Of a stretch of DNA of 64,000 bases, positions 26,388-39,599 are shown piece after piece (the first letter of the stretch is position 1; each line of letters begins with the position of its first letter). The notes under the pieces were generated by a model, which saw only the letters and a program-made list of their open reading frames with translations, ran no database searches and was not told where the DNA came from. Both the position numbers and the translations under genes were made by a program. The DNA is from Octopus vulgaris (lineage: Eukaryota), in contig OX597814.1 of assembly GCA_951406725.2 (NCBI GenBank), positions 183,334,001-183,398,000 on the forward strand. Reading direction: 5' to 3'.

Positions 26388-26956
26388 CCTTCCTACTATA
26401 GGTACAAGGCTGAAATTCTTGGGGAAGAGCTAAGTCAATTACATCGAACCCAATACTCAAATGCTACTTATTTCATCGACCCCGAAAAGATGAAAGGCAA
26501 AGTCGACCTCGGCGGAATTTGAACTCAGAACGTAAAGACGGACGAAATGCGAATTTTTTTGCCCGGCGTGCAAACGTTTCTGCCAGCTCGCTGCCTTAAT
26601 AATAGTAATAATAATAGTAATTATAAATAATAATGATAATAATAATCCTTTCTACTGGAAGCACAAGCCTCATATTTGAGGGAGGGGATTAAGTTGATTA
26701 TATCAACATCAGTGTGTAGCTGGTACTTATTTAATTGACCCCGAAAGGATAAAAGGCAAAGTCGACCTCGGTAGAATTTGAACTCAGAACGTAGCGGCAG
26801 ACGCCGCTACGTTCTGAGTTCAAAATCTGCCGAGGTCGACTTTGCCATTCATTCTTTCTGGGTCGATGAAATAAGTACGAGTTGAGTACTGGGGGGTAGA
26901 TGTAATTGACTTACCTTTCCTCCAAAATTTCAAACCTTGTGCCTATAGTAGAGAGG

Positions 26957-26958
<2 letters not shown>
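25958..26958. mobile_element. Cluster of five SINE-A2 copies separated by (AAT)n: four minus, one plus
   Basis: Copies at ~25958-26112, 26131-26350, 26386-26597, 26645-26798 (minus) and 26803-26958 (plus). Confidence 0.9.

Positions 26959-27032
<74 letters not shown>
26959..27032. repeat. (ATT)n microsatellite (SINE-A2 tail)
   Basis: Directly visible. Confidence 0.95.
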
Positions 27033-27034
<2 letters not shown>

Positions 27035-28094
27035 ATAACAATTTTGGACAACAGAAAAATACATTGAAGTATTACAAGCATACTATAAAGCAGCATTGTA
27101 TTCAAAGATACAAGTATTGTAAAAAAAAAAGGCATATATGCTATAGAGAAAAAAACACGAAAAAAAAAAGGGGAAATATTACAATAAATACACAAGTAAA
27201 CTAGATTCGTAATAAACAATAACAAGATTCCTAAAATAGAAATAGACAAACTTATAGACAGAATACCCATTGATAATAAAAGATATTCAACTATACAGAA
27301 AAATTGACATGCAATAAACAAAAGAAAAGCTTACAATAGTGCCCTGCATACACAAAACACGTAAGCCTCACAAAGGAAAGAAAGCAATATAACTGAGGTG
27401 ACCATACTTACAATAAGAGAGACCTCAAGACAAAGTGAATATACTACAGATCCCATCACGCAAGACAACAAACAAATCAGTACATCAAAGCAAAAATATA
27501 AATACAGAAGAAAAAATGAAGTAAAGCTAAAAGAAATAGAGAGAGGATGACCATAAAAGTCACCATAGAAACACTCAACAAAATACATAGCCACAACAAA
27601 AGTATATCCTCCACTCCACACATATAACAACAAATAGAATAGAAACACACATCACAACAAAGTAACCAGAGTTAACGTTTGGGAGGCTCTAACTGAAATA
27701 ATAACGAAAATGGAAGAGAACATTATATAAAATCAATGACGAAGGTAAATGCTTTCCCAACTAGAAACCGAATAAGCAGCTTCTCTGAAAGAATAATTAA
27801 ATATAATAGGACATTGCAAGATATTATGTTCACAGCAACAAACCGTCGGAATATTGATAGACTGAATAATCTAATCTATTCAATAGCCTTGATAGTGTTA
27901 AGGGAACTCGAGATTGATCCCCACTGAAATATAAATAAAACCACAGTCAAGTCCTATCCAAACGGAAGGATATTTATGATACATAGAATTGAGAAAAATA
28001 GCAGGTCCTATTCTTAGTAAAATGCTAACAGAGACACCCAGCACGAAAAAGGATAAAAATAATAATGATCCTAACAATAAATTTGTACGATATC

Positions 28095-28327
28095 TATTTC
28101 TTTACTACCCGCAAGGGGCTAAACATAGAGTGGACAAACAAGGACGGACAAACGGATTAAGTCGATTATAGCGACCCCAGTGCGTAACTGGTACTTAATT
28201 TATCGACCCTGAAAAGAAGAAAAGCAAAGTCGACCTCGCCGGAATTTGAACTCAGAACGTAACGGCAGACGAAATACGGCTATGCATTTCGCCCGGCGTG
28301 CTAACGTTTCTGCCAGCTCGCCGCCTT
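28095..28327 (-). mobile_element. SINE family A1 with TSD
   Basis: aaatttgtacgatatc 28079-28094 versus aaattcgtacaatatc 28328-28343. Confidence 0.93.
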
Positions 28328-28544
28328 AAATTCGTACAATATCAATTAAGAGGAAGACACAACAGATGCAGATTAGAAAGATGTGCTTAAACTACAGGAG
28401 GAAAGAGCAAATTAACTAGAAAAGCAACTATAAAATTACACATACGTAACTAAGCGAATTTGATGAAATTAGACAATTCGATGAAAGCCACCGACGCAAA
28501 TATTTAGGAAAAGATAACTCTAAAAATATACAATGCACTGAAAT

Positions 28545-28821
28545 GTGTACCCTTAACGTAGTTCTCGGGGAGATTCAGCATGACAGAGAGTGTGACAAGG
28601 CTGGCCCTTCAAAATACAGGTACAACAGAAACAGGAAGAAAGAGTGAGAAAAAGTTGTGGTGAAAGAGTACAGCAGGGTTACCCCCCTCCACCTGCCGGA
28701 GCCTCGTGGAGCTTTAGGTGTTTTCGCTCAATAAACCCTCAAAATGCCTGGTCTGGGAATCGAAATCACGATCCTATGATCGCGAGTCCGCTGCCCTAAC
28801 CACTGGTCCATTTCGCCTCCA
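28545..28821 (-). mobile_element. SINE family C with truncated tail 2
   Basis: Homologous to 50420-50785. Confidence 0.9.
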
Positions 28822-29586
28822 TAGATCGGGTACTAACTGCACTGAAATAACAGAAATGACAAAGCAACCTGAAAGGCTACAAAGTAAAAGACCAATTAAA
28901 AACAGGATTCCAAAATATACTGAAGAACAAAATGAAGAGAAAAATCTTTTCGTAGCCATTATCTTAAATAACTCCATACACAGGAAGTATGCCAATGTAA
29001 AAGCAAGTAATGGCCGCCAACACTTTCGGAAGAATGTTGAAACTGCTTCCAAACATCAATGCTTAGCTACAACTCCAAAAGAAAATGAAAAATGAAATAG
29101 TTAAGAAAATGCTAAAATCAAGCGCAAGCCATGCAACTACTGCAAAGAGACGATTGACCAGATCATCTCTGCTTTCCAACATATTTTAGGTGTGTGTATA
29201 TTCACAGAGAGTAAATATTCACAGAGTAAATAGTTATGTCCATTGGGTGATATGACAACACTTTTAGTGAAAATAAAGAATTAATTAAACCATATATCAA
29301 ACACTGTATACGACAGCCATTTGATCATAATCACCTAAGAATGCTTGTTTAATCTGAGATCAACGAAAAGCGTTCAGATATAATAAAGAGCGAGTAGAAT
29401 GAATACATAGACTCTGATAGACATAGCGATCTCCTCTGATCGGAGCGTTGCTCAAAGAAGTTGGAGACACTACTAAGATACAAAAATCTTGAAACTGAAG
29501 CGAACAGATTGTGGAATATGAAAAGAAAAGTTACTGATAATACTTCGAGTAGTAAGTATAATGAAAACATACGAACAGAAACATAA

Positions 29587-29750
29587 TAGGCGTGGCTGGG
29601 TGGTAAGAAAAATTTGCTTTGCTTCCGAATCACACGGTTCTGGGGTCGGTCCCACTGTGTGGCACCTTGGGAAAGTATCTTCTAGTATAATCTCGAGCCT
29701 AACAAGACCTTATGAGTGGATTTGGTAGACAGAAACCAAAAGAAGCTTGT

Positions 29751-29836
<86 letters not shown>

Positions 29837-30100
29837 TATGTGTGTGTGTGAGTGTGTGTCTGTATGCGTGTGAGTGTGTGTGTGAGTGTGTGTCTGTATG
29901 CGTGTGAGTGTGTGTGTGTGTGTAGTTATGTATGTATGTGTGTCTTTGTCTGACTTGGTCACCTACCACCACTAGACTGAGCAGTTCGGTAAACGATACT
30001 GATAGAATAAGTACCAGTCTTTACAAAAGAAAAGAATAATAAATAATGGAGTAGATTTGTCCGACTAAAACTAATGACTGAAACAAGTAAAATATAAAAG
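29587..30100 (+). mobile_element. SINE family B with expanded internal (TA)(TG) tract
   Basis: Head ggcgtggctgggtggtaag and tail taatgactgaaacaagtaaa. Confidence 0.88.
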
Positions 30101-30109
30101 AATAAAATA

Positions 30110-31290
30110 CCAACCATAATCTGTCTCGCAAGTTTATATCTACTCCAAATAAAGCTCAGATAAATGTAACTGACATCTACACAAGTTTCTTTGAATTCAA
30201 TAGAATAATTGAAACTCTCAACACAGCACATCCCATATACAGTATTGATCTCACAAAATATTCACTACTTTATCGACAGAGTAAAAGAACAAAAGACAGA
30301 CTCCAAACTTGCTGCCGGTTTTGCATCCAACTCCACATTACACACACTCATATAGCAAATTTCCTTCAATTCTTTCTCATTGCACTCCATCACGTTCCCT
30401 CATATTGCATAAATACTCATCAATGTGAAAATATATCTAGTTGCTTCAACCCACCAGTGCCAACGGCCCTGACATTTCTTTCTAATTACTATCAAATATA
30501 GCTTGCTGTTATACTCATAACACGTTTCAATCTCTCACTCACTTTAAGATATGCCCTGTTATCATATTTCCCATTTACCAGGCTAACCTTGTAAATTATC
30601 GTCTCACTTGGCTCCCAGTATATGAAACGACTTCTTTAAACCACAACCTTCTCTGACACCTTGAAACTCTCTCTCTCTGAATTTCTTTCAACGACTACCA
30701 GTACATTTTTCGCAGAACCAAAATCTATTGGAGATCAACTACCTTGTACTATTAAGTGGAACATCATGTTAGAGGTTTCAGTGAAAGAAAATTTATCACC
30801 CAAAACATCAGTAAAGCTTTCGACTGTGTTTTTGACTTGCTAATCTATCAACAGTTCCTGACCTTGGACTACATCTGGCTATTACTTTCAATCATATTGG
30901 GTCCAACTGAAACATGGCTCTCACATCTGGAACGGTGCTGCCTTTGTTTACATTCAGACATCTTAAAGCATATCCAGAAAAATTCCACTCAATTAATTGG
31001 TATAACTGACTCACAGACACATTCAAAACTTTGGTCCACATGCATCATACTTTTCTACCGTAACCGAAATGGCTTCTACTCCATGGCCGTAGTTGGTATT
31101 ATGTCTCTTACTCCCAGACACTCTCAAACATCAGTATCCCATACCGTTATTACTCATTTTATGCCCAACCCTTTAGCTCTGCAGTCCCTAATTCACTAAA
31201 TCCTTCCTTTCAGAATAACCCTACATCGGAAATCCTCTTCTAATATTGTTTTTGTAGTTATCAATATTCAGTTTTTTAAGCAGAACATTA
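30110..31290 (+). mobile_element. Decayed CR1/Jockey-type LINE RT
   Basis: GPD, NYR, NDYQYIFRR, NISKAFDCV (LDISKAFDRV-like) and SHIWNGAA...ILKHIQK (EYCSHIW..LDRIQ-like). Internally deleted and frameshifted. Confidence 0.72.
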
Positions 31291-31774
31291 ACAACATTAT
31301 TCGATTCGCACCGGTAACAGAGAACTGCGATGGCCTGGGGCATTTCATTTTACTTCATCAAAGCAATCACAATATGACCATAAGCAATACACTACTCTAT
31401 AGCACCAACAACTTAACACTGTTTACATTCTACGTACACAGCCAAGTAATGCCACACAGAATATAAAGCTCTTATTCTACATATTCACAGCACTATATGG
31501 AAATACTTAACACCAGTCACAATTCATCAACAAAACAGAATACGTCTCATATTGTACAAACTCTACACGGCTGAAGAAACACTAAATTATACACCATAAA
31601 CAATAAGCCAATGATATGGACATAAACATACAGAACATAACAAAGTATTGATATAGTGTATCTAAACAAACCTACAACCCTAAAAAATGAAAATGATAAA
31701 GCACATACTTCAAGAACATGGAGGTGCATTTGGTGATGCATTAAAAACTCTTGCAAAACTGCTAAAATGATAAT

Positions 31775-32183
31775 TTTGGCACAAGGCCAGTAACTTTAAG
31801 GGGCAGGGGTTTTGTCGATTTACATTGACTCCATTCCAGAGGAATGAAAGGCAAAATTTACATTAGCAGAATTTGAATTCAGAACGTAACAAGTGGTAAG
31901 AAATACTACTTCGCATTTTGTTCGACGCTCTACGAAATCTGTCATTTCGCCGCCTTATCTGCTGAAACAACCTCCCTATTGTAGGCACAAAGCCTGAAAC
32001 TTTGGAGGAGGAGGCTAGTCGATTCCATCAACCTCAATACTCAACTAGTACTTATTCTATCGACCCCGAAAGGATGGAAGCGAAAGTCGGCCTCAACGGA
32101 ATTTGAACTTAGAACGTAAAGGTGGACAAAGTGCCACAAACGTTTTCCCCGGCGTGTTAACGATTCTACCAACACACCGCTTT
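31775..32183 (-). mobile_element. Two tandem older SINE-A2 copies
   Basis: ggcacaag...gaatttgaa(t/c)t(c/t)agaacgtaa...cgcc occurs twice. Confidence 0.82.
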
Positions 32184-33435
32184 AAATACTGAAATGATAA
32201 TGATTTATTTTTGTCATTGATTTATTCATTGTACTAAATAACTTCTATCCGGTCTCTTATGTATAGATTAAATTAGTGCAAAATGAAAGTAAACCATATA
32301 AAATAGATCCGATTCTTTACTGGATGAAAGTATATACAGATTAAAAGATAAGGTATTTTTAAAAAATAATACAATGTGATTTTGGTGTTAATCATTTCTG
32401 TTTCCTCAACCATAAACATTCCATCACACAGAGGCACAAAGTACAAACAGCTTATGGAACTACAGGCGCAAATACGTACGGAAGATATAGACACACTCCT
32501 GTCACATTCACGGATATTTGCACGGCAAACACTTGCAGACGATTCACAACAAGAAGTGAAACACCGAATGTAGAATACACGGCCGCCTGAGTCCTCAGAA
32601 CGTTCAGGTTGTCAAGACATTGATTTCCAATAATAAAGTATCTTGAAATCAATACCGATATCATGTTAAAATGTGTGATAGTAACGTGAAGGTGGAGTGG
32701 GGAAAAATAGAAGCAGAATAATAATATCAGAACAACGAAATTAACAACTGCAGCTATATGAACACCAATAACAACAATAACACCAAAACGTGAGCAAAAT
32801 CAGAATTTCAACGAAAAGTGGTCGTCCAGTTTAAATAAGATAAGAAGCGGAAACATCAAAGTCAAAGTCAGTCAATGAAACTTTTGTGTAATCAGATTAT
32901 TAGTCATGTGATGAGAACCGAAGAGGCATTCCATTAAACTAAAACTATTAATTTCATTTTTAACTCTACCGGAATGGTTTTATGAGTTCTCTGACCTAGA
33001 TAGATATTTCTGGAGGCTTCTGTGGACAAGTGATGGAAATTTCTGATTGAACTGATAATGCTGTGTTGGTAACTGTGTTCACAGTTGCGTGAAGGCATTC
33101 ACTGATGTAGTTTTTGTTATAAGCGGTTTTATACAACAGAAATAGATTAAATATTGTATCATGACAACCTTGAGATGTTGCAGGTTTATTTCTTTCCTTT
33201 CCCGTTCTTGTTTTTACAGCAATACAAATACAGTTTAGTGTAGCAAAAGAAAAGTAGAAGTCTGCAGTAGGCTACAATATAAAATATTATTCAAACAGTT
33301 CGTTGCTTACTGTTATGTAGAACTCAAGTGTTTCCATTTACCAAAATGTAGAACAAGTTATTGTTCCAGAGAAATGATGATTGGAAAAATGTTTGTTGTC
33401 GCTGTTATTGTTAAGCTCTAGGCTAGCTTTAAGTA

Positions 33436-33700
33436 TACAGTCGAGGAAATTCGTACCAATCATGTCCATCGTCTCTCTCTTTTTTTTTCAAGCGTAATGC
33501 ATCGACGTTCAAATTATAAGATGTGTGTTCCCGTATTATTAAGATGTTACGATGATGTATGACGGAGATTTTGATTATCAGTTGAAGCAAATCGAACGAC
33601 AAAATGCAACCTCTTTTATATAGGTAGCCTCGAAAAAAAAGTTCATTGCAAATGAGATACACAGTTAGAAAAATAAACTTTTTGCATCTGGCAGAATCTA
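33436..33700 (-). mobile_element. Possible Tc1/mariner transposase 3' remnant
   Basis: YLICNELFFRGYL resembles the DL..D.F.WGYLK motif. The element end reads ...ctgTA. Confidence 0.3.
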
Positions 33701-33809
33701 GGCAAACAATTCCAAGTAAAAGGTTGCATGATACGCCATATATATACGTTTCTCAAACTATGACAAAGATTGTCTTTACTTAAAGCGCGTGAACAACACT
33801 AAAATGGTT

Positions 33810-33895
33810 AAGTGCCTTCTACTATAGCCTCGGGCCGACCAAAGCCTTGTGAGTGGATTTGGTAGACGGAAACTGAAAGAAGCCCGTCGTATATA

Positions 33896-33964
<69 letters not shown>

Positions 33965-34166
33965 ATATGTTTGTGTGCCTGTGTTTGTCCCCCCCCCCCA
34001 ACCGATACTGGTGTGTTTACGTCCGCGTAACTTAGCGGTTCGGCAAAAGAGACCGATAGAATAAGTACTAGGCTTACAAAGAATAAATCCTGGGGTCGAT
34101 TTGCTCGACTAAAGGCGGTGCTCCAGCATGGCCACAGTCAAATGACTGAAACAAGTAAAAGAGTAA
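33810..34166 (+). mobile_element. SINE family B, 5'-truncated
   Basis: Close match to the B body and tail. Confidence 0.92.
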
Positions 34167-34177
34167 GACAATTGCTT

Positions 34178-34392
34178 TTGTTGTTTAGCCCTTGGTCAGC
34201 CCTGGTCGATCAGACTTATCCTCAATAGCATTCCATTTCTGATCATACCCTTTTTTTTTATTATACATAGAGAATCTTCACCTTCATTACCTAATTCTCC
34301 TTTTCTAAAACAGCGCAGAACAATTTGATGGATATTTAACTGCTTTTCCTTGCAAGTCTAGCAACCACGTATAATCTCTCCCATTGGCTCGT
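34178..34392. mobile_element. Old dispersed repeat (family F)
   Basis: gttgtttagcccttggtcagccctg...gatatttaactgcttttc..gcaagtc..gcaaccacgt. Related fragments lie near 8650, 21820, 36870, 37330, 39310, 51715, 56150 and 62335. Confidence 0.55.
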
Positions 34393-35014
34393 TTCAGACA
34401 GGAGAATATGTAAATGTATGGAGTAGAAAACCAACAATATTCACTCCATCTCATTAGTTGATACTTTCGGATTCTAGCTTCCTCTCCTCTCTCTCTTTCA
34501 CTCCTACATATCTCCCTCTCCCCTTCCTCTCTCTCTCTCTCTTCCTCCTCCTCCCTCTCCTTAATAACTTCTTACTTCTATTTTCACAGCATGTCTCCCC
34601 ACTCAGCTGTTATACTTACACATATACTATTTCTCTCACCTCTTTCCTCATCGTGAAAGTTAATATATAGTTTCTCATGTGACCACATAGCATAGACACA
34701 TCTAGTGACAATTTCTTCACCAACGATATCCAGTTCTTCGTTTGATGTTCCAGGTGAAATTAAATAAAGGACATTATAAAACAGTTAACTCTTAACACTA
34801 AAACGCTTTTTTCTCGTCTTTCTTTTTCCATTTTCTGTCATTCATTCACGCATTCAGTATTTTTCCATCACATTTTTTCTCTTCTCTTTCTCTCATTTCT
34901 CTATAATATACATACGTACATGCATACGTGCTACACACGCGCGCGCTATATCATATGTAAGTATGTTTGTATGTATGCAGTTAGACACCCACTCACACCC
35001 ACACACATATGTAA

Positions 35015-35082
35015 TTGTATAATTACATATGCACATACGTGTGTGTGTGTATATATATATACACATTATATTGTATTGCGTA

Positions 35083-35181
<99 letters not shown>

Positions 35182-35234
35182 TATGTGTGTGTATGTGTGA
35201 GTGCATTTATACATAATTTCTATTGTCTATATAG

Positions 35235-35267
<33 letters not shown>

Positions 35268-35316
35268 GTATATATATATGTATATATATATGTATATATA
35301 TATGTATATATATATG

Positions 35317-35348
<32 letters not shown>

Positions 35349-35480
35349 TATATACATACACATTTACACACATATATACGTGTACACACAGACACAGCAA
35401 CCGCCACATACACATACACACATATTGTCTATGTGTGTATACGTAGGCGTATATTCTTATGTATGTGTGTGTGCCTGTGT
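35015..35480. repeat. (TA)n/(TATG)n compound microsatellite
   Basis: Directly visible. Confidence 0.95.
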
Positions 35481-35998
35481 GTAATATGCATAAACAGCGG
35501 ATGCATTGCTATATTTAATGGCTTTTGAGATTTAAAGAAACATCAAACACGCACACACACGATGTATGCATGGAAAAGAAAAATACGTGTATATACCTTC
35601 TTTTTAACGATTCCTATCGGTGATCAATCCATTGAACATCAAACGTAATTTTTACTAGTAACTAGTTTGCAATTTAAATAACTAGGAACCAACGAAACGT
35701 CAAAGATTACCAGTTAGTCGAAGTTTTACTATAAACCCACTGCAGACCGAACACGGGTATATAATAGTAAATTCATATTGATCATATTTGAAACACACAT
35801 CTTCAAATGTTGTATATTTTAAGCTTTCCAATGATATATATATAAATTCAATTTTTTTTTTTTTTTTTTTTTGTAGTTTCGCAAATGGTCTCGCATCAAA
35901 TCAATAACGACAATGGATATGCAGATGTTGTTCGCAGAATGTAGATTCTATTGAACTATTTTTCGGGAGTGAAGTCGAATTTTATGTCAAAGAAAAGT

Positions 35999-36344
35999 GG
36001 GCGCAGGCAGGGTTGTGTGGTTAAGAAGCCTGTTTTTGCCACATCGTGGTTACGGGTTCAGTATCCTGATTGCGCGGCGCCTTCGATAAGTGATTCTACT
36101 ACATCCTAGACTGACCGATACCTTCTGAATGGTCTCGATGGAGGAAAGCTGTGTGGGAGCCGTCGTGTTTAGATCCATACATACCTACATACATACATGT
36201 TCTTAAAAAAACTGCACCTGTTTTATCGTAGGGTTGCAATTGCAACGGTTACTAATGGGTGCGATTGAAACGTGTTGGTCTTTGCAAGGCGGTATATAAA
36301 TTAAAGAATTAAAGGTAATGCTATGCAGCTTCGTAGTAATCCTT

Positions 36345-36386
<42 letters not shown>

Positions 36387-36485
36387 GCACACACACGCAC
36401 ACACACATGTATATATATAGGGGCTTGTTTATGGCCCTGTAATTTAGCGGTTGAGTAAAAGAGACTTAGAATAAGTACCAGTCAT
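35999..36485 (+). mobile_element. Old SINE family B copy, interrupted
   Basis: Head ggcgcaggcagggttgtgtggttaagaagc...gggttcag and 3' part tagcggtt...agaataagtacc. Confidence 0.65.
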
Positions 36486-36564
36486 AAAAAAAGAAGAAAC
36501 ATAAATACATGGTGATCGATGTCTGTCAGCTTAACGTGATAGCTCTGTAAGTAAAAAGAAAATG

Positions 36565-36598
<34 letters not shown>

Positions 36599-37706
36599 GA
36601 TTGGGTGTGCGGGAGAGAAAGAGAGGGAGATAGAGAATGTGGAGAATGAGTTGTGGGAGAGCAAATGAAGAGTGTTCAAGGAATTATATGTAAAAGCTAT
36701 TGTTGATATTTTTTTGAGCTGTAGATTAACTCTGTCGAGCAGATTTATGATTAAACGCTCTCTAAAGCTCACCATACCGTCTTTATTTCAGACGTAATAA
36801 ATATAGTTCTGCATTATCTTAAGCATCAAAGTACGATAATTTCTCAAGATGATAGAGTGTAAGACGAGAGAGATTTAACTGCTTTTTCTAGCAGGCTGAG
36901 TCACAATGTAGACATCTTCTTGTTGGTTCGATCATATAATTTACTATGGAAAGAGGAGAATGAATAATCTCCAAGACTCTTCATCAATTTTCAAGACAAC
37001 TATCTATATATCATTAACAGGCGATAAACATGAAAATCTTGTTCAAATCAGGTTATTTCGACAATTCACCAACCGACTAGAACTATTCCAAACCATTAAC
37101 CTTCAAAACCTAATCTACCAGAACTATTTCAGGGGGACTGGAGGTGCTGTGCTTGAATTCAGTAATGACTGAGAAATAGTTAACAAGGGAATTACCAATC
37201 TACTGATAAAAATTGATAGTTTCTGAATTGTCTTATGCATTAATCAGCAACACAAGAACAATCAGGGCAAGATATTCATGGGGACAATAATAAGTGTAAA
37301 TCACTGGACACCTAACGAGCATTATGTTGTTGTTGCTTGGTGTTTGGTCACCTCTGATCGAGTATAAATTTCATAAAGTTATTTCAACCATGATTACTAC
37401 ATGCATTTATGGGCATAAGTAATCACCATCTTAGCCAATGGGTCCATTCCTTATCTGTTGTTTACTCACATATGGCCTGACGGGATAGATCTATGGTTAA
37501 AGGCATTCACGGAATGAAAATCTGATATTTATAAATCAAAGACTATATTATTCTTTATGTGCCTTAATTTGAGATGGGAGCGAATATTGATTTCAAATAT
37601 TGGCACCATATCAAGTCTGGAAGATGGTGGGGTAAGTCGATTACATCACCCCCCCCCCCAGTACTCAACTGGTATTTATTTTATCGACCCCAAAGTGATG
37701 AAAGGT

Positions 37707-38295
37707 ATCAGATATGACATTGTCACTAAAATCTTCTGTAATGCTATCGGTAAGAAGAATTATCCAGATGACCTTATCAAAGCACATCACAATCAGAGTA
37801 GAATACATCACACCTTTAAAATACAGAGTATGGTCGAACATTCCAATAAAAACAGCAATCCGGTATATGCGCAATAAACTAAATGTTGTTGTATGGGTTA
37901 GGAAGCAAAACTTAAGCATTCTTGCAGAACCCAGTAGCCCCGGCAGATGTGAATATTCCATTAAAATTTGCGTAAAAATGACAACATCAATGGATAATCA
38001 ATCAAAATTACCTACAGCTCATACCCAGATTATAGATTTCCATATGTACATGTTACTAGAGATATATACGTAACAGAAGACTTGCATCAAAACCTATAAT
38101 ACTGGAGTTCTACAAAGGAACAGAGCAGACTGATTCACCTTCTTCAAATCTAATCGATAAGAGGTAGCGGAAAATTTATAAATTATTCAAGGGACTCTCC
38201 ATTTGAAAGTCCTGGGTTGAAAACATTTAATCAAACACACATATTTTGCAAAGGAAGGAAAATTAAATAAACCCCAAAGAAAACATGTAATATAT
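37707..38295 (+). mobile_element. 3' end of an R4/NeSL-like LINE (restriction-like endonuclease domain, 3' UTR and TA tail)
   Basis: RYDIVTK (RHD-like), WSNIPIKTA..RNKLNVVVW..ILAEPSSP (WWN..HNKPDIVVW..E.SCP-like) and LIHLLQI*SIRG. A second copy of the UTR lies at 40605-40715. Confidence 0.7.
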
Positions 38296-38305
38296 ATATA
38301 TATAC

Positions 38306-38419
38306 TTTACAAGATAAGGGCAGAAGAAAAATTCTAATGCCAGGTACGCCGAAACAAAAATTTTTTTTTGTTTCGGCGTATCTGGCATTAGAATTTTTCT
38401 TCTGCCCTTATCTTGTAAA
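38306..38419. repeat. Near-perfect 55-bp-arm palindrome
   Basis: Arms 38306-38360 and 38365-38419, one G:T mismatch, TTTT loop. Confidence 0.95.
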
Positions 38420-38615
38420 TTATGTATAAATTTTACCTTTAAAGGCATTTCTCGATATGCTGGCCATTGATAAAAATTTTTTCCCGAAAAAAATTTAATC
38501 CTATATCAATTATATATATATATATATATATAACAAAGTGAAGTTGTATATATATATTTACAGCCATATGTACACACACACCACAACACATACTCTCTCT
38601 CTCTCACACACACTT

Positions 38616-38657
<42 letters not shown>

Positions 38658-38894
38658 ACGTAGACTCTTACATTCAGACACAGACACACGCAAAAAATGT
38701 GTACAAGCATTCAGGATCGTTTGTACTTGGAAATGAATAATTTTCATCGAGTTTCTTCCAATGTATAAACAGTAAAGCAAATATATTACTACAAAAATAA
38801 TGAAGTTTTAAATCATGGACTGTTTTCAGTCCAATTGAAAGAAATAGTGAGGAAGGAGCAGAATGAAAGGAAGAGACAGTGTTTGAAAGAGGGA

Positions 38895-39110
38895 AAGAGA
38901 GAGAAAAAAAGAGAGAGAGAGGACTATGAAAGAGAGAAAAAAAAGAGAGAGGACTATGAAAGAGAGAAAAAAAGAGAGAGAGGACTATGAAAGAGAGAGA
39001 AAAAAAGAGAGAGAGGACTATGAAAGAGAGAGAAAAGAGAGAGAGAGAGGACTATGAAAGAGAGAGAAAAAAAGAGAGAGAGGACTATGAAAGAGAGAAA
39101 GAGAGTACTA
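38895..39110 (+). repeat. ~30-34-bp polypurine minisatellite with GGACTATGAA core, six copies
   Basis: Cores at 38921, 38951, 38982, 39015, 39049 and 39082. Confidence 0.93.
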
Positions 39111-39401
39111 TACAATCGTTTTGTGGCAAAATAGATATTTATATTTATCCTGAACGATATTAGCGTATAAATAGAGAATCCGTTGAGTAAAATTTGAGAT
39201 ATCAAATGGTTACTTTAGTTGTTGTAACAGAAGGAAAAATTACTGCAGCAGAAGAATTAGCTGAAAATACATCAAAAGAAAAATAATGACAACATTGATA
39301 TATCTGTTGTCACTTGATGTGATAGAAATAGTTACCACATATCACTCAAACTACACCGTAATATCTTAAAGCATACTCGATAATGCAGCTCTGGATTTAT
39401 A

Positions 39402-39598
39402 TGACTTTCGGAAACATTTTTTCACGCTCAGAGTTGCCGAAGCATGGAATAAACTGCCTGCGTCAGTTGTTGACTGCCATGACACTGCATCCTTTTAGGC
39501 CCTCATGCTTTCCGAAATCCGCCGAAACTACACCTGATTATATATACACTTTAGATGAGTTGTAGTGCACCTGAGCACTGTACACAATTATTATTATC
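39402..39598 (+). mobile_element. CR1-type LINE 3' terminal fragment
   Basis: DFRKHFFTLRVAEAWNKLPASVV is a typical CR1 C-terminus, followed by a short UTR and (ATT)n tail. Confidence 0.85.
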
Positions 39599-39599
39599 A

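Larger units (their letters stand above)
27033..29585 (+). mobile_element. Decayed, internally deleted R4/Dong-like LINE interrupted by SINEs
   Basis: RNRISSFSERIIKYNR (N-terminal region), KPCNYCKETIDQIISA (CCHC-knuckle-like, ~29126-29173), SYVHWVI, and RYKNLETEANRLWNMK (restriction-like endonuclease region, ~29476-29523). Confidence 0.72.

Noticed and set aside
35850-35945. Strong poly-T acceptor sites here and at ~41025
   Set aside because: Downstream frames close quickly or lack a good donor, and poly-T runs are common in this DNA.
38921-39092. CRISPR-like regular repeat
   Set aside because: 10-bp core with low-complexity, near-identical spacers, eukaryotic context and no cas genes.
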